DNA of 64,000 nt from Carpediemonas membranifera BICM. Its lineage: Eukaryota > Protista > Fornicata. A program made the translations under genes and the position numbers. Under the pieces are notes generated by a model that was not told where the DNA came from, searched no databases, and saw nothing but the letters and a program-made list of their open reading frames with translations. Below are positions 41,448 through 51,244 of this stretch, one piece after another; the stretch's first letter is position 1, and every line of letters begins with the position of its first letter. The stretch lies in NCBI GenBank assembly GCA_019828565.1, contig JAHDYR010000038.1, positions 939,782 through 1,003,781 of the forward strand, read 5' to 3'.

Positions 41448-41688
41448 TCAGGATTTGAAGCACAAGCAGCCGCCCTTTGGTGCGAATGGGTTAGAAGAAT
41501 CGCCTGGTGTCAGTAGAGGATCCTCTTTTCCAGAAATATAAGTGATGAGGCTGTGTAATAAGGGAAATTCTAACAAACACTTCTGATGCCTCACTAACTT
41601 TCATGATTCGCTTTGAAGCCTCGCATTGGAGCTTAAGGCGCTCATTTTGAGTCAATTGCTGCTTCAGAAGCTGCTGGGAACGATCCAT
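41448..41688 (-). CDS. Heterotrimeric G-protein gamma subunit (70 aa); intron 41551-41578
   Basis: Spliced product ...RIMKVSEASEVLITYISGKEDPLLTPGDSSNPFAPKGGCLCFKS* has the DPLL and NPF motifs and a Cys four residues from the C-terminus. Confidence 0.85.
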
Positions 41689-41804
41689 CTCTTCAGTTTC
41701 GTGTTGTTCTGCATAAAAAAGATAAACTGCACAGGGATGAGCTCAGCATGACTGATCACAATTGGACTGCCAAGAATCATCAGACCCGGGGTCTATTTAC
41801 TGGC

Positions 41805-42773
41805 TTACTTGCCCATGGCGGGGTTGAGCTTCTTGCCGAAGGCGCGGTTCTTGAGGCCGTTGCGCTTGATCTGGAAGTACTTCTTGGTGCGAATGGGGGC
41901 GCGGAGAGCAGCCTTGACGGCGTCGTTCTCGAGAACGTTCTTGAGCTCAGTCTCGGTGGAGATGCCGCGGTGCATCTTGGCGGCGTAGATCTCGTCGAGC
42001 TTGGCGATGGCACCCTCAGTCCAGATGACGAAGCGGCCCATGTGGCCACCGGGGGCGAGGTCGAGGAGGTTAAGGGCATCAACCTTGGCGACAGTCACGC
42101 CAGCGATGTTGCGGAAGGAGCGGGCGATGCCGTTGTCCTCAGCGTAGACAACCATAGGGCCCTTGCGCTGCTTGTAGCGACGGTTGCGCCACTTGCCGTG
42201 GCCAGCGCGGGTCTTCTTGGTGTCCTTGACCTTCCTGCAGTCAGCGTAAGCGCCGACCATCTCGAGGGCCTTGATGGCATCCTTGGTGCGGGTAATGGAC
42301 TCAACGGAGTTGTCGAGGATCAGAGGAACCTGGGGAACGTTCTCAACAAGGTGGCCGCGGCCAAGAAGGAAAGAGGGGTTGGCGGTGGCAGCGATAGCGG
42401 AGGTGACGGCGTAGCGCTTGACGGGGAGGTTCACCTTGCGGTAAAGGCGACGGGTGACGCGAACGGGGGAGAACATACGGCCACCACGGCACATGTTGCC
42501 GCCGTGAGCCTGGCCGGAGCGAGCGGTACCAGAGCCAGAGACACGGGGAACACGGGCAAGGGCGCGGCCAACACCCCAGGAGTGGGAGGTGGTGTCCAGA
42601 GAAGCGTACTTGAAGCGGCCGTAAGCCTGGCGGTGGTTCTTGTTCAGCTGAGTGTGAGCAAACTGGATGATGTCAGCTCTGACGGGGGCGCTGAAAACAG
42701 CGGGAGTATCAACCTCCTTGGTGGCCTTCTTCTCGGCATCGATGGCGTAAACGGACAGCTTAGCAACGTGCAT
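41805..42773 (-). CDS. RPL4: 60S ribosomal protein L4 (uL4)
   Basis: SWGVGRALARVPRV, GNMCRGGRMF, LNLLDLAPGGHMGRFVIWTE. Confidence 0.97.
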   Translation of the reverse strand: MHVAKLSVYAIDAEKKATKEVDTPAVFSAPVRADIIQFAHTQLNKNHRQAYGRFKYASLDTTSHSWGVGRALARVPRVSGSGTARSGQAHGGNMCRGGRMFSPVRVTRRLYRKVNLPVKRYAVTSAIAATANPSFLLGRGHLVENVPQVPLILDNSVESITRTKDAIKALEMVGAYADCRKVKDTKKTRAGHGKWRNRRYKQRKGPMVVYAEDNGIARSFRNIAGVTVAKVDALNLLDLAPGGHMGRFVIWTEGAIAKLDEIYAAKMHRGISTETELKNVLENDAVKAALRAPIRTKKYFQIKRNGLKNRAFGKKLNPAMGK

Positions 42774-42983
42774 TGCTTCGGTACTACTTCTGACTTTTTC
42801 GTAAAAAAGTTGCAAGAAAAAAGTAACAGCCACTTGTGCAGTGTCTGGATGGGTTACGGCCCTCAAACCCTGCCTCTAGACTTGTAAACTTCTTGTTTAC
42901 AGTGTATTACTCGATCCTGGAGCTCCGAGCTAGGCTCAGCGATCAAGCTGCAAAACATGATGACGACAAAGGAACGGCATGCA

Positions 42984-43577
42984 CTAATCCACTATGGGTC
43001 CTATAGTCCAGTTAAGCCCAGGGAAACATGCTAATACCTCCAAGGCGAGTCGGCATACTCTAAGTGACGCGAACCGGAACCAGATCAGCGCCATAACCGC
43101 CCCAATAGCCACCCCGCCGTAAACCTGAGTCTCGCTATGTACCCCAAGGGCAAGCCGGGACAGCGGCGTGGCGACACAAAGTGCGACAACCAGCACGGCT
43201 CCGAGCCGATGGACGCAGGTGAGTCGACGCCACGGAATGTGTGCGAGAGTGATCAGGAGAAAGACGGCGGAGTACCCGCACCACTGGGAGTGTGAGGATG
43301 GGAAGCCAAAGTCGGTCTTGGCCGAGCCTGGGGGGCGGGCATCTTGGAAGTAGTTCTTCAAGAGGTGGTTCACTAGTTCGTTGAAGAGCTGGCCACTACC
43401 GAAAACACAGATCCAAAGCTCGCCGGTGGTGAAAAAGGCGACGAGGAGGCCAATACCAATAAAGAAGGGCCAAAAAGTCAAAAGGGCTGCAACATATGAT
43501 GTTATACTGCTTGGATCGTACACTACATAGGCAAACTCAAGCGGCACCGCGTTGGTGATGATATCGCTTCGAACCAT
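42984..43577 (-). CDS. DOLPP1: PAP2-family dolichyl-diphosphatase
   Basis: K......RP, PSSHSQ, SRLALGVHS..QV..G. Confidence 0.85.
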   Translation of the reverse strand: MVRSDIITNAVPLEFAYVVYDPSSITSYVAALLTFWPFFIGIGLLVAFFTTGELWICVFGSGQLFNELVNHLLKNYFQDARPPGSAKTDFGFPSSHSQWCGYSAVFLLITLAHIPWRRLTCVHRLGAVLVVALCVATPLSRLALGVHSETQVYGGVAIGAVMALIWFRFASLRVCRLALEVLACFPGLNWTIGPIVD

Positions 43578-43829
43578 GTCAAATGGAGGCACGTGGGGAC
43601 CGTTCTTACGGCTTCTTACCCCGAACCAGCGCTCCCGGCCACGGATGAAAAAGAAAATTAACGAGAAAAATCAAACCACCCCTCAGCCCCCCCGTTCTAA
43701 GCGCACATACCTCCCGCCCGCCTCGGTTGCCGTTGCGTGGACGCGCGTTTTGCTTGAATAAAATGGGCTGAGGGAAAAATAATGCCGACCTGACAGTCAT
43801 CGCCCAACACATAAGATACAACAAATAAA

Positions 43830-45230
43830 TCACCGCCCTGAACCGCGAGTTCCACTGGCAATCCTGCTAATGAACTGAGGACATTCAATCGTCTTGGGGC
43901 GGAACGAACAGCTCTCCAGCTCCTTCTCAAGCTCCGCGGCTCGGGCCTTCTTCAACCGCCGTTCCCTGCGTCGCACGTCGCACTGGGTCCGCTCTATGAT
44001 GGAAACATGGTCGCCGGCGGGCCGCTGGGACTGGAGAATTGGCTTGAACGTGACGCCATCAAGCTGCTTGCGCTCTTGCACTACCCGCGCCCGCTCTCTC
44101 GCCAGCTGGGCACGCTCCTGGTCGCCGTAGCACAGCTCCTCCGCAGTTTTCGCCCTCATCCGCTTGCTGCGGGCGTTAATCCTCGGCGCCGTGTTCTCCA
44201 CTGGCGTGCGCTGAGCCCGTTCCATCCTCTGCTGCCGCCGTTCCAAATTCCCCTTCGCCCGCTCGGCTTGGGAGGACTTCGGCGTGATGGCCTGGCTGTG
44301 CACGTTAGTCTCAGGCTCAAAGCTGTACTGGTGGAGGCGCCGGTCTAGTGCCTTGATCTTCGCAGAATGGCGCTGTGTTGCTTGCAGTTGTCGGGCGATA
44401 AATGCGTCAAAAGCGCGGTCCGCAGCTGCAGATCTGGGTCTAGATTTGGACCTTGTCACACTAAGATCCGAGTCAATCACAGCAGACTTGGGTCGTATCC
44501 TCGACAATCTCTCGTGTGCCGGATCAGCGAGATACAGGTCAAGTGTATCTCCCCTCATTTGTTTCGACACGAGCCCGGGTTCGAATGTGCACTCTAGGTC
44601 AGTCTGCATGGGTGACCTTGTCTCCTGGGTCTGCGCGTACCTTGGGGCGACCGTGCTGTTGTCAGTGATGAGGGTTGGGTTGAACGGATGGCTCGACTCA
44701 AACACCGCCTCTGCCTCGGCCTCTATGCGCTCTTGTGCTTGTCTGCGGCGATCCTGGCTGCCATTGAAGAGTCGGTTGACCACATCAGCGGACTTGACGA
44801 CCACAGTCCTCGGGGTCGCGCCAATGGTCGGCGCGAAAGAACACTCGGCAGTTTCTGCGCTCATGAAATCTTCCCGCTTCTTCTCGCGCTCCTTGTCCTT
44901 CTGAGCCTTCCACTTCACGGCCCGGTCGTAGACGCCAGTGTCTGCATGCCGCTTGGGGATCGATTGAGAGGAAGACTGCATGTCGAGGGCGTCTTCGGGT
45001 TCTAGGACATCTATAGGCTCAAGATCATTGAGCTGTAGTGATCTTAAGGTCCGAGTACCCCTGGTTTCCCGGGAAGCACGTTGTTGACAGTATTTCCGGT
45101 CATTGTTGGGAGATTGATGCATTGAATGCGATTGAATGCTAGCCATTGACTCATCTAAAAAGATCTGACGAGCTTTCAGCTCTTTAAAGATGCTGCTTTG
45201 CACCATTCCGCTTTGATAGCGATCGTTCAA
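43830..45230 (-). CDS. Hypothetical protein with repeated (EC)xFxP motifs and coiled coils; probably extends further 5'
   Basis: ECSFAP, HPFNP, ECTFEP, YSFEP, VTFKP, CSFRP. Confidence 0.7.
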   Translation of the reverse strand: MNDRYQSGMVQSSIFKELKARQIFLDESMASIQSHSMHQSPNNDRKYCQQRASRETRGTRTLRSLQLNDLEPIDVLEPEDALDMQSSSQSIPKRHADTGVYDRAVKWKAQKDKEREKKREDFMSAETAECSFAPTIGATPRTVVVKSADVVNRLFNGSQDRRRQAQERIEAEAEAVFESSHPFNPTLITDNSTVAPRYAQTQETRSPMQTDLECTFEPGLVSKQMRGDTLDLYLADPAHERLSRIRPKSAVIDSDLSVTRSKSRPRSAAADRAFDAFIARQLQATQRHSAKIKALDRRLHQYSFEPETNVHSQAITPKSSQAERAKGNLERRQQRMERAQRTPVENTAPRINARSKRMRAKTAEELCYGDQERAQLARERARVVQERKQLDGVTFKPILQSQRPAGDHVSIIERTQCDVRRRERRLKKARAAELEKELESCSFRPKTIECPQFISRIASGTRGSGR

Positions 45231-45725
45231 ATTTTCAACTCGGGTTCGAGTTGCTCCAGACCGAGGACCCGAGTCAGAGTTTGATGTATCGTCTCCTCCT
45301 CCCGGTGACGCAGTGGTGTCGCTCTGGCTGTGGACTTGAATTAGTCGGACGTGCCGGCCTACATGCTTCCTTGCGGTGTATGTAGATGTGTGGTCAGTTA
45401 GCCTGTTGCTCGGGTGGTTAAGTTGAGTTTGGAAGCCTGTGGTCGAATGTAAGGCCTAGCTCGTCGACACTGCTGGTGTGGCCGCCTCCTTTTCTTCTCG
45501 GGTTTTCGACCGTCTTCGAACAGAGTGGCTCGACCCAGCAGCCATCGAATCACCTCACCTGTTTATACCAAGTTACGCTTGCCAGAGTTCAAGCGGCGCG
45601 CCCAGTAGACGCCCGCACGCAGTTCGATGGATACCATCACGCACTCCGGAGATGTCTCCTCTGTTCAACGAGGTAACCTTGTGCTGCCTTACACTGAAGC
45701 ATGTTCATTCATATCATTCAATGGA

Positions 45726-47540
45726 TCAGGTCAGTATCTTGCACACGATATATAGCCCCACGACTGTCAGCAAAAAGTACACAATCTGTCCGTATCTCGC
45801 GATAAATCTAAAATCGACGGGAAAATCTGTCCATACTTCAGGCAGAACACCTCTCATGCACAGCCGCTCAATCAACTGATTAGTAGCATCAGTCAGCATC
45901 ACTGCAGGCCTGACGAGGCTCGCCGTCTCACCATACCGGGGGGCAAACCGGTCCCGGAACTCGTCGAGACCGTGCTTGGAGAACTGCCCCTCGCCAGCAA
46001 GGAACGCGTCCCGTTGCTCGGCGGTTGAGCGCTTACCCTGCACCTGGACTGGCGACATGCTCGAGATCTCGGGCGATGGCTCATCAGGCACGATATTGAG
46101 CCCTATGGCGAGTGAATCTGCCACTTTCTGGGCCACAGTGGCGCCGTCGCTCCGTACAAGTTTGGTGAGGGCAACGGGCATCTTCCACCGAGGTCTCGCG
46201 AGCAGCACGCAGTGGTTGTGGGTCTTCACTGCACCGAGCATCAGTGCCGCGTCCGTAAAGGTCGGGAGGCGGCCGGTGATGACAGCGGCAGAGGCCTTCT
46301 GGGCCTCAGCACCAAGACTGTGGGGAAGCGGCGAGGTTTCGAGCTCGCGGGCGATGTCCCTGGCTATCTCGAGACAGTCTGACCCTAGCATCGTCGTGGC
46401 CACGAGGTACGCCGCCTTCAAGGGCAGCGTGCTCTCCTCGGGCGAGGGGTATGTCCCGATCCCGCCGAGCTGGGTGTCCAGGTACTGGATGAACAGGGGC
46501 ACGAACAGTGGGTAGACCCTCGCCAGATGATGGGCATACTGCTCCGTGCCGAGGTTGCCGCGGGGCCGCAGTGCCGCGAGCCACACCCTGAGGGCCCGAG
46601 AGTGGGTCCGGCGGTACCTGGCGTACTCGACCCCGCTGGCCTTGATGTACGCGGAGAGCAGGGAGAAGGCGGAGGGGAGCACGGAGGTCTCGGCGGCCTT
46701 GGACAGAGGCTTGCCGGGGCCCAGGGTGACTGCGACGAGGAGGTGGGAGCACTGGAGCACCTTGGCGCGGGGCGGACGCTCCATTGTCGGGTCTGTGACC
46801 GACGCCTGCATCATCCAGAGCGTGGACATGATGGCCACGACGAGACCGCCCAGCCCCCCGGTCGACCCGAGGGCCCCGTACGAGGTGGACGTCGGCGCTG
46901 CATCAGGGGCGAAGAAGTCGAGCAGGGAGGCTACAATTGAGAGGTATGGGTCCTCGCCTTTGAGCACACGGGCCATGGCCCTCTGCCGGGCGGAAGGGCG
47001 GGCCCGACCCCGGACCATGAGGCCGCGGACGGAGGCGAGGGAGGAGGAGACAGACTGGGAGACCGCACGGGCGTCGTAGGCCCACATGCAGAGGGATATG
47101 ACGAAGTACTCCAGGGCTGTGGCGACGAGGAAGTCCGCCTCGTCGTCGGGGCCGAGCAGAGAGTAGGCAAGCTCCTCAATGACGCTTGATGCGTAGGCGT
47201 CGGGAGTTCGGATGGGAAGTGCGTCACGAATCCACGCTGCGCTTGCGGGAATGTCGTTGCGGCGGATTGCTTCGGCCACGGCCATTGGCAGCCGGCGAAC
47301 TGGATAACGGAAGCGAATATCGGGTTGAGAATGCATGGCTATCAGTTTGGCAATGAATGGCTCTTCAGGGTCGAAGAGAGATAACAAATGATCAATCTGC
47401 TGGACATATTTCTTCGAAATTGACAAGAACTGGCGGCGGGCAATGATGTAGGGCGTCGTGCTGCAACGAGGAGCACCAAATAGCTGATCACACACAGTGG
47501 GAAGCTCAATGTGAAGCTGCGCCAGATTAATCCGGAGCAT
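45726..47540 (-). CDS. SMPD4 (neutral sphingomyelinase 3)-like, tail-anchored
   Basis: LEYF, P...E..SLVR and FRFIARY, followed by a C-terminal TM helix. Confidence 0.6.
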   Translation of the reverse strand: MLRINLAQLHIELPTVCDQLFGAPRCSTTPYIIARRQFLSISKKYVQQIDHLLSLFDPEEPFIAKLIAMHSQPDIRFRYPVRRLPMAVAEAIRRNDIPASAAWIRDALPIRTPDAYASSVIEELAYSLLGPDDEADFLVATALEYFVISLCMWAYDARAVSQSVSSSLASVRGLMVRGRARPSARQRAMARVLKGEDPYLSIVASLLDFFAPDAAPTSTSYGALGSTGGLGGLVVAIMSTLWMMQASVTDPTMERPPRAKVLQCSHLLVAVTLGPGKPLSKAAETSVLPSAFSLLSAYIKASGVEYARYRRTHSRALRVWLAALRPRGNLGTEQYAHHLARVYPLFVPLFIQYLDTQLGGIGTYPSPEESTLPLKAAYLVATTMLGSDCLEIARDIARELETSPLPHSLGAEAQKASAAVITGRLPTFTDAALMLGAVKTHNHCVLLARPRWKMPVALTKLVRSDGATVAQKVADSLAIGLNIVPDEPSPEISSMSPVQVQGKRSTAEQRDAFLAGEGQFSKHGLDEFRDRFAPRYGETASLVRPAVMLTDATNQLIERLCMRGVLPEVWTDFPVDFRFIARYGQIVYFLLTVVGLYIVCKILT

Positions 47541-47693
47541 TGACAGGAGAACGGTGCAGCATTAAGCGCATGAAAGTTGCCGACGTTGTCGAAAGTGACG
47601 GTAAATCATCTGAGTCACGCTTGGGCCCTTCTAGCATTGTCCAAGTCCTGGCTGTTATGGGCAGATGAGTTGGCCTTCAGCGAAGTTCCCCAT

Positions 47694-48884
47694 TCACCAT
47701 TTATCCAAGGGCAGACCTGCATTAAGACCCTTCTCGTGATCATACGCCTCAGCCCGACCGCTCAGACCCGACTCCAGCGTCACCACACCCTCCACTGTGG
47801 GGATCCAGGTAACAGGCTTGACCACAGCCCTTGTCACGGCCCACTCACTCGACTCTAGGGCCTTGATCGTGGTCGACATGTTGCGGAGGTCGGTCTGATA
47901 TCGCGTGGTGAACCAGTCGACCGAGTCGATCGATGCCAGGAGCTCCATCACGGTGGCGACTGGGTAGGGCACGGTGGAGCGGTCGAAGAAGGCGTTGGCC
48001 TGCCACTGGGGGACCGCGGTGTTTGGGCACTCGGTGACAACGACCCAGCCGTCGATCTCGGGGAAGTTGGTCATCTTATCCGGGGTCGGGTCCGCGAGGT
48101 AGCAGACGCGTGTCGGCAGCCCGCGAGAAACCAAATGACGCTCAAGCGTGTCGAGCGTGCGATTTAGCGCGTCGCTCGGGGCATGTAGGATGGGCAGGAG
48201 GCCGATGCAGGTGCACTGCTTCAGCCTGTTCATGACGCCGTAACGACGCCTCGTGGGCACCATGCCTGCGACATAAACGCCTGGGCACGAGCAGTGGATG
48301 ATCTTAGAGTCCATTCTGAGGTGGGTTTCAAGGGCCGACTCGGCGCCAACGTAGACAGGGGTCGCATCGGCCGGGACGAACCTGCCATGGATCGACTTGA
48401 GCTCGCCGGTCGGGTCTTCCATTTGCTGGATCGATGCATCAAGGCCCAGGCCGGCTAGAGCGTCTGCGAGGGCTGGCAGGAGGCACCAGTTGGAGTACTC
48501 CGCGACGAGGACAACCTTGCCCCAGCCCTCACTCTGGCACGCTTCCACGATGGCCTTGGCATCGGCCATCATGTCAGTAACGTCTGGGATCGAGGGCAGG
48601 ACAAGGTGCGGGAGAGACGAGGGAGCGAAGCAGGTGTTCCCGATGTAGATGATCGCCTCGCAGTTAGCGCGCATCGCTGTGAGGTCGTCAACACAGCAAC
48701 GCGCAACATGGTCACCGTGGAAGATCACAGAAGTCACGGGGAGCTTCTCTGTGAGCTGCCTGAAGATCTCCATACTGTCCTCGAGCGTGTGCTTGCCGGG
48801 GCCGCTCTGAAGCATCACAGTGCCATAATCACGCGCAAAGTCAACGCCCCGCGCTACTATCCGTTCCAAAAACTCCTTATCCAT
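47694..48884 (-). CDS. DPH2: Diphthamide biosynthesis protein DPH2-like
   Basis: CCVDDLTA, G.TCF, KMTNFPEIDGWVVV.CP, GLSGRAEAY..E. Confidence 0.85.
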   Translation of the reverse strand: MDKEFLERIVARGVDFARDYGTVMLQSGPGKHTLEDSMEIFRQLTEKLPVTSVIFHGDHVARCCVDDLTAMRANCEAIIYIGNTCFAPSSLPHLVLPSIPDVTDMMADAKAIVEACQSEGWGKVVLVAEYSNWCLLPALADALAGLGLDASIQQMEDPTGELKSIHGRFVPADATPVYVGAESALETHLRMDSKIIHCSCPGVYVAGMVPTRRRYGVMNRLKQCTCIGLLPILHAPSDALNRTLDTLERHLVSRGLPTRVCYLADPTPDKMTNFPEIDGWVVVTECPNTAVPQWQANAFFDRSTVPYPVATVMELLASIDSVDWFTTRYQTDLRNMSTTIKALESSEWAVTRAVVKPVTWIPTVEGVVTLESGLSGRAEAYDHEKGLNAGLPLDKW

Positions 48885-49026
48885 GTTTCAGCAATCCGGC
48901 GCGGTTTCAACAACAAGGACGCATGTGCCCGATCGCATGGATTATGCGAAATCCTCCCGGCATCCCGCCAGCACCAGGTCACGGTTTAACACTAATAATA
49001 AAACAATAAGAAACAACACACACTCT

Positions 49027-50130
49027 CTACAACGCCGGAACCTGCACCCTCGCCGCCTCAGCCAGCGCCCTCAACCACCCCGCGGCCCGCCTCAGCCCAG
49101 CCCTGTCCTCCTCCCCAGGCTCGTCCATATCGACCCACCGGCCCGCACACACCCCCTCTACCAGCCTGAGGACGGTGCCCAAGTCCCCGATGAACTGGCG
49201 TGGGTCATGGTGCTCGTCAATCGCAGACTGTGTGAACTGCCGCAAAGAGGTGGGGCTGGGCAGCGGACCAAAGCTGTTGGAGAGATACAGGCTGGCCGGG
49301 TCGAGTGAGCCGACGCCCACGGCAACGTCAGAGACTCCCTCAAAGGAGGGGATGGAGGTAGCTGCATGAAGACCAGGCCCCATGGCCGCCGGGTCCGGCT
49401 GGGCCTTTCCGTCGTTCGCACTCTTGGTCTTCCGGGCCGCCTTCTTCTCTCCTGCAGCCCGCGGCGGCTCCTCTGCCACCTGGCCCGGGGTCAGCTCCGA
49501 TAAGCCACAGACCCTCTCCCGGACCCGGATCACGGCCTTCCTGAAGGTAGACAGCGACCCCAGCGACTGCTCGGGGAATGCCTGGCAGTAAATCTCCTTC
49601 AGCGTCACTAGGAGGTCGGCACTGATCGGTTCAGTAGGCTTGACCCCCTGGGACTCGAGGAGAGTGAGCACTGAGTGGTCCCTGTCTGCCCTGGGCTTGG
49701 GACCGCGCTTAACTTTCTTCAACTCTCCGTTGCGTCGGCTGGAAATCCACCGCACAAGCGATTCCTTGCGGAGCTGGGGGTTCTCGGCCAGCACCTTATC
49801 CATGCCGTGATTCTCGCACTCTAGGATGTACCGCATCTTGTCCTCATACGTGTATACGCGCCGCTTGGCCTTGGGTCCCTTCTTTTCCTTCGTCCTCTTG
49901 GAAAGCATACGTGTTTGGGCCAGTGCAGGAGGCGAGATGGCTGCATTATGCTCGATTAGAGTTGTACCAGGAACTTTTGTTAGGACGTGAGACTGATGCT
50001 TGGATGACCGGTCTGATTGTCGCGAAATGTCGTCGTCAAAACCTGCAGACGCTTCCGGCCTCTCAAACTGAACTTCGGGTATGTCAGACGGTGGCTGCCG
50101 TAAATCTTGCCTGATGCCTGATGTCACCAT
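49027..50130 (-). CDS. Hypothetical protein with an HTH-like DNA-binding segment
   Basis: RRVYTYEDKMRYI...ESLVRW...KRGPKP resembles transposase-type/Brinker HTH domains. Confidence 0.6.
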   Translation of the reverse strand: MVTSGIRQDLRQPPSDIPEVQFERPEASAGFDDDISRQSDRSSKHQSHVLTKVPGTTLIEHNAAISPPALAQTRMLSKRTKEKKGPKAKRRVYTYEDKMRYILECENHGMDKVLAENPQLRKESLVRWISSRRNGELKKVKRGPKPRADRDHSVLTLLESQGVKPTEPISADLLVTLKEIYCQAFPEQSLGSLSTFRKAVIRVRERVCGLSELTPGQVAEEPPRAAGEKKAARKTKSANDGKAQPDPAAMGPGLHAATSIPSFEGVSDVAVGVGSLDPASLYLSNSFGPLPSPTSLRQFTQSAIDEHHDPRQFIGDLGTVLRLVEGVCAGRWVDMDEPGEEDRAGLRRAAGWLRALAEAARVQVPAL

Positions 50131-50182
50131 GCTGATCGTCTCGACGTTGGTCCACAGTTTCGATTCTCTGGTGTGCAGTTTA

Positions 50183-50294
50183 TGTCAAGTCCAATGTGGT
50201 TTAGAGGGTTTATGTGGAGGATTCATGTAAAGGTGACTTAGGCTGTCGACCCCCCTGGGATTTAGACTCAACAATTCTAATCCTACGCGGCACA
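50183..50294. repeat. LTR-like 112-bp segment
   Basis: TGTCA...GGCACA termini. A purine-rich tract (GAAGTGGGTGAGTGGAGGTAG) abuts it on the minus strand. The last 34 bp recur at 51120-51153. Confidence 0.5.
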
Positions 50295-50654
50295 CTACCT
50301 CCACTCACCCACTTCAGCCCTCGTCTGTACAATCGGGCTTTCGTGCTTTCAGTCGTCGGTCTGCACGAAAAGATGCGTCGTCCATCGTCTGTGTCGAACG
50401 CTGCTGTCTTCTTTCGCATCTGTGCTCGTCTGTTACGCGCTCATCTGTCGTCCATTGCCGGCGTCTGAAGCTCATGACGTCGTCGTCTTCGTCGTCTTCG
50501 TCTGTTGTGAGAGAAACTAGTGGTGGAAAGCGGTTGTAGCTAGTAGTAAAGACGCTTTGTGTTGTATGATGCTGGTTTCTTGTGTTTTGAGGGATGCTGC
50601 TAGCTGATGAACCCTGAAAAGAAATGATCGATGCAGGCAGCTCAATAGACTCCG

Positions 50655-51008
50655 ATGCCTTCCAAGATATTCACAATGCTCCGGCACAACGTCGTCGTGA
50701 GTGTCACGATGGTCTCGGAATTCCGCACTTCCATCGTGTGCCCATACTGCAAAGCACACTTCAGACGTGTGGTGCACACACGCCGTACCATGCTCTGCCA
50801 GAATCCCGCGTGCGAGGGAGCTCCATGGCGCGTTGAACGGCTACGTCGGCATCCCGAGCAGAGAGACATACTTCTCAATCTCTCTCACCGAGATAAGAGC
50901 GCCAGCGAGAACATCCTTTGGTGCACCTTCGATGCAACTTCAGATCAGATAGAGCAATCTCCTTTCCACTACGACTCCCAGAGAGGTGCTCTTCCTCGCT
51001 ATCATTAA
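50655..51008 (+). pseudogene. Fanzor/TnpB C-terminal fragment (RuvC-II, Zn finger, RuvC-III)
   Basis: VSEFRTSIVCPYC...LCQNPAC...HRDKSASENI. No RuvC-I found upstream (in-frame stop at 50646). Confidence 0.8.
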
Positions 51009-51244
51009 CTTGCTAAGTTGAGCAAACACGCGCTGCAGCACGCGTGATATGCTGCGCACGATTGATAGAGTATGATGAACCACACTGCGATCCTGATGCT
51101 GCTTGGATTCACTGTGTGTTTTGGACTCAACAATTCTAATCCTGCGCGGCACATCCAATCAGCAACTCAGTCAGTTGATGGATTTAGGGGGACTCCGCGC
51201 CTGTGCGTATAGTCCATTATGCGCCCTGATGATTCAGGCAGACA

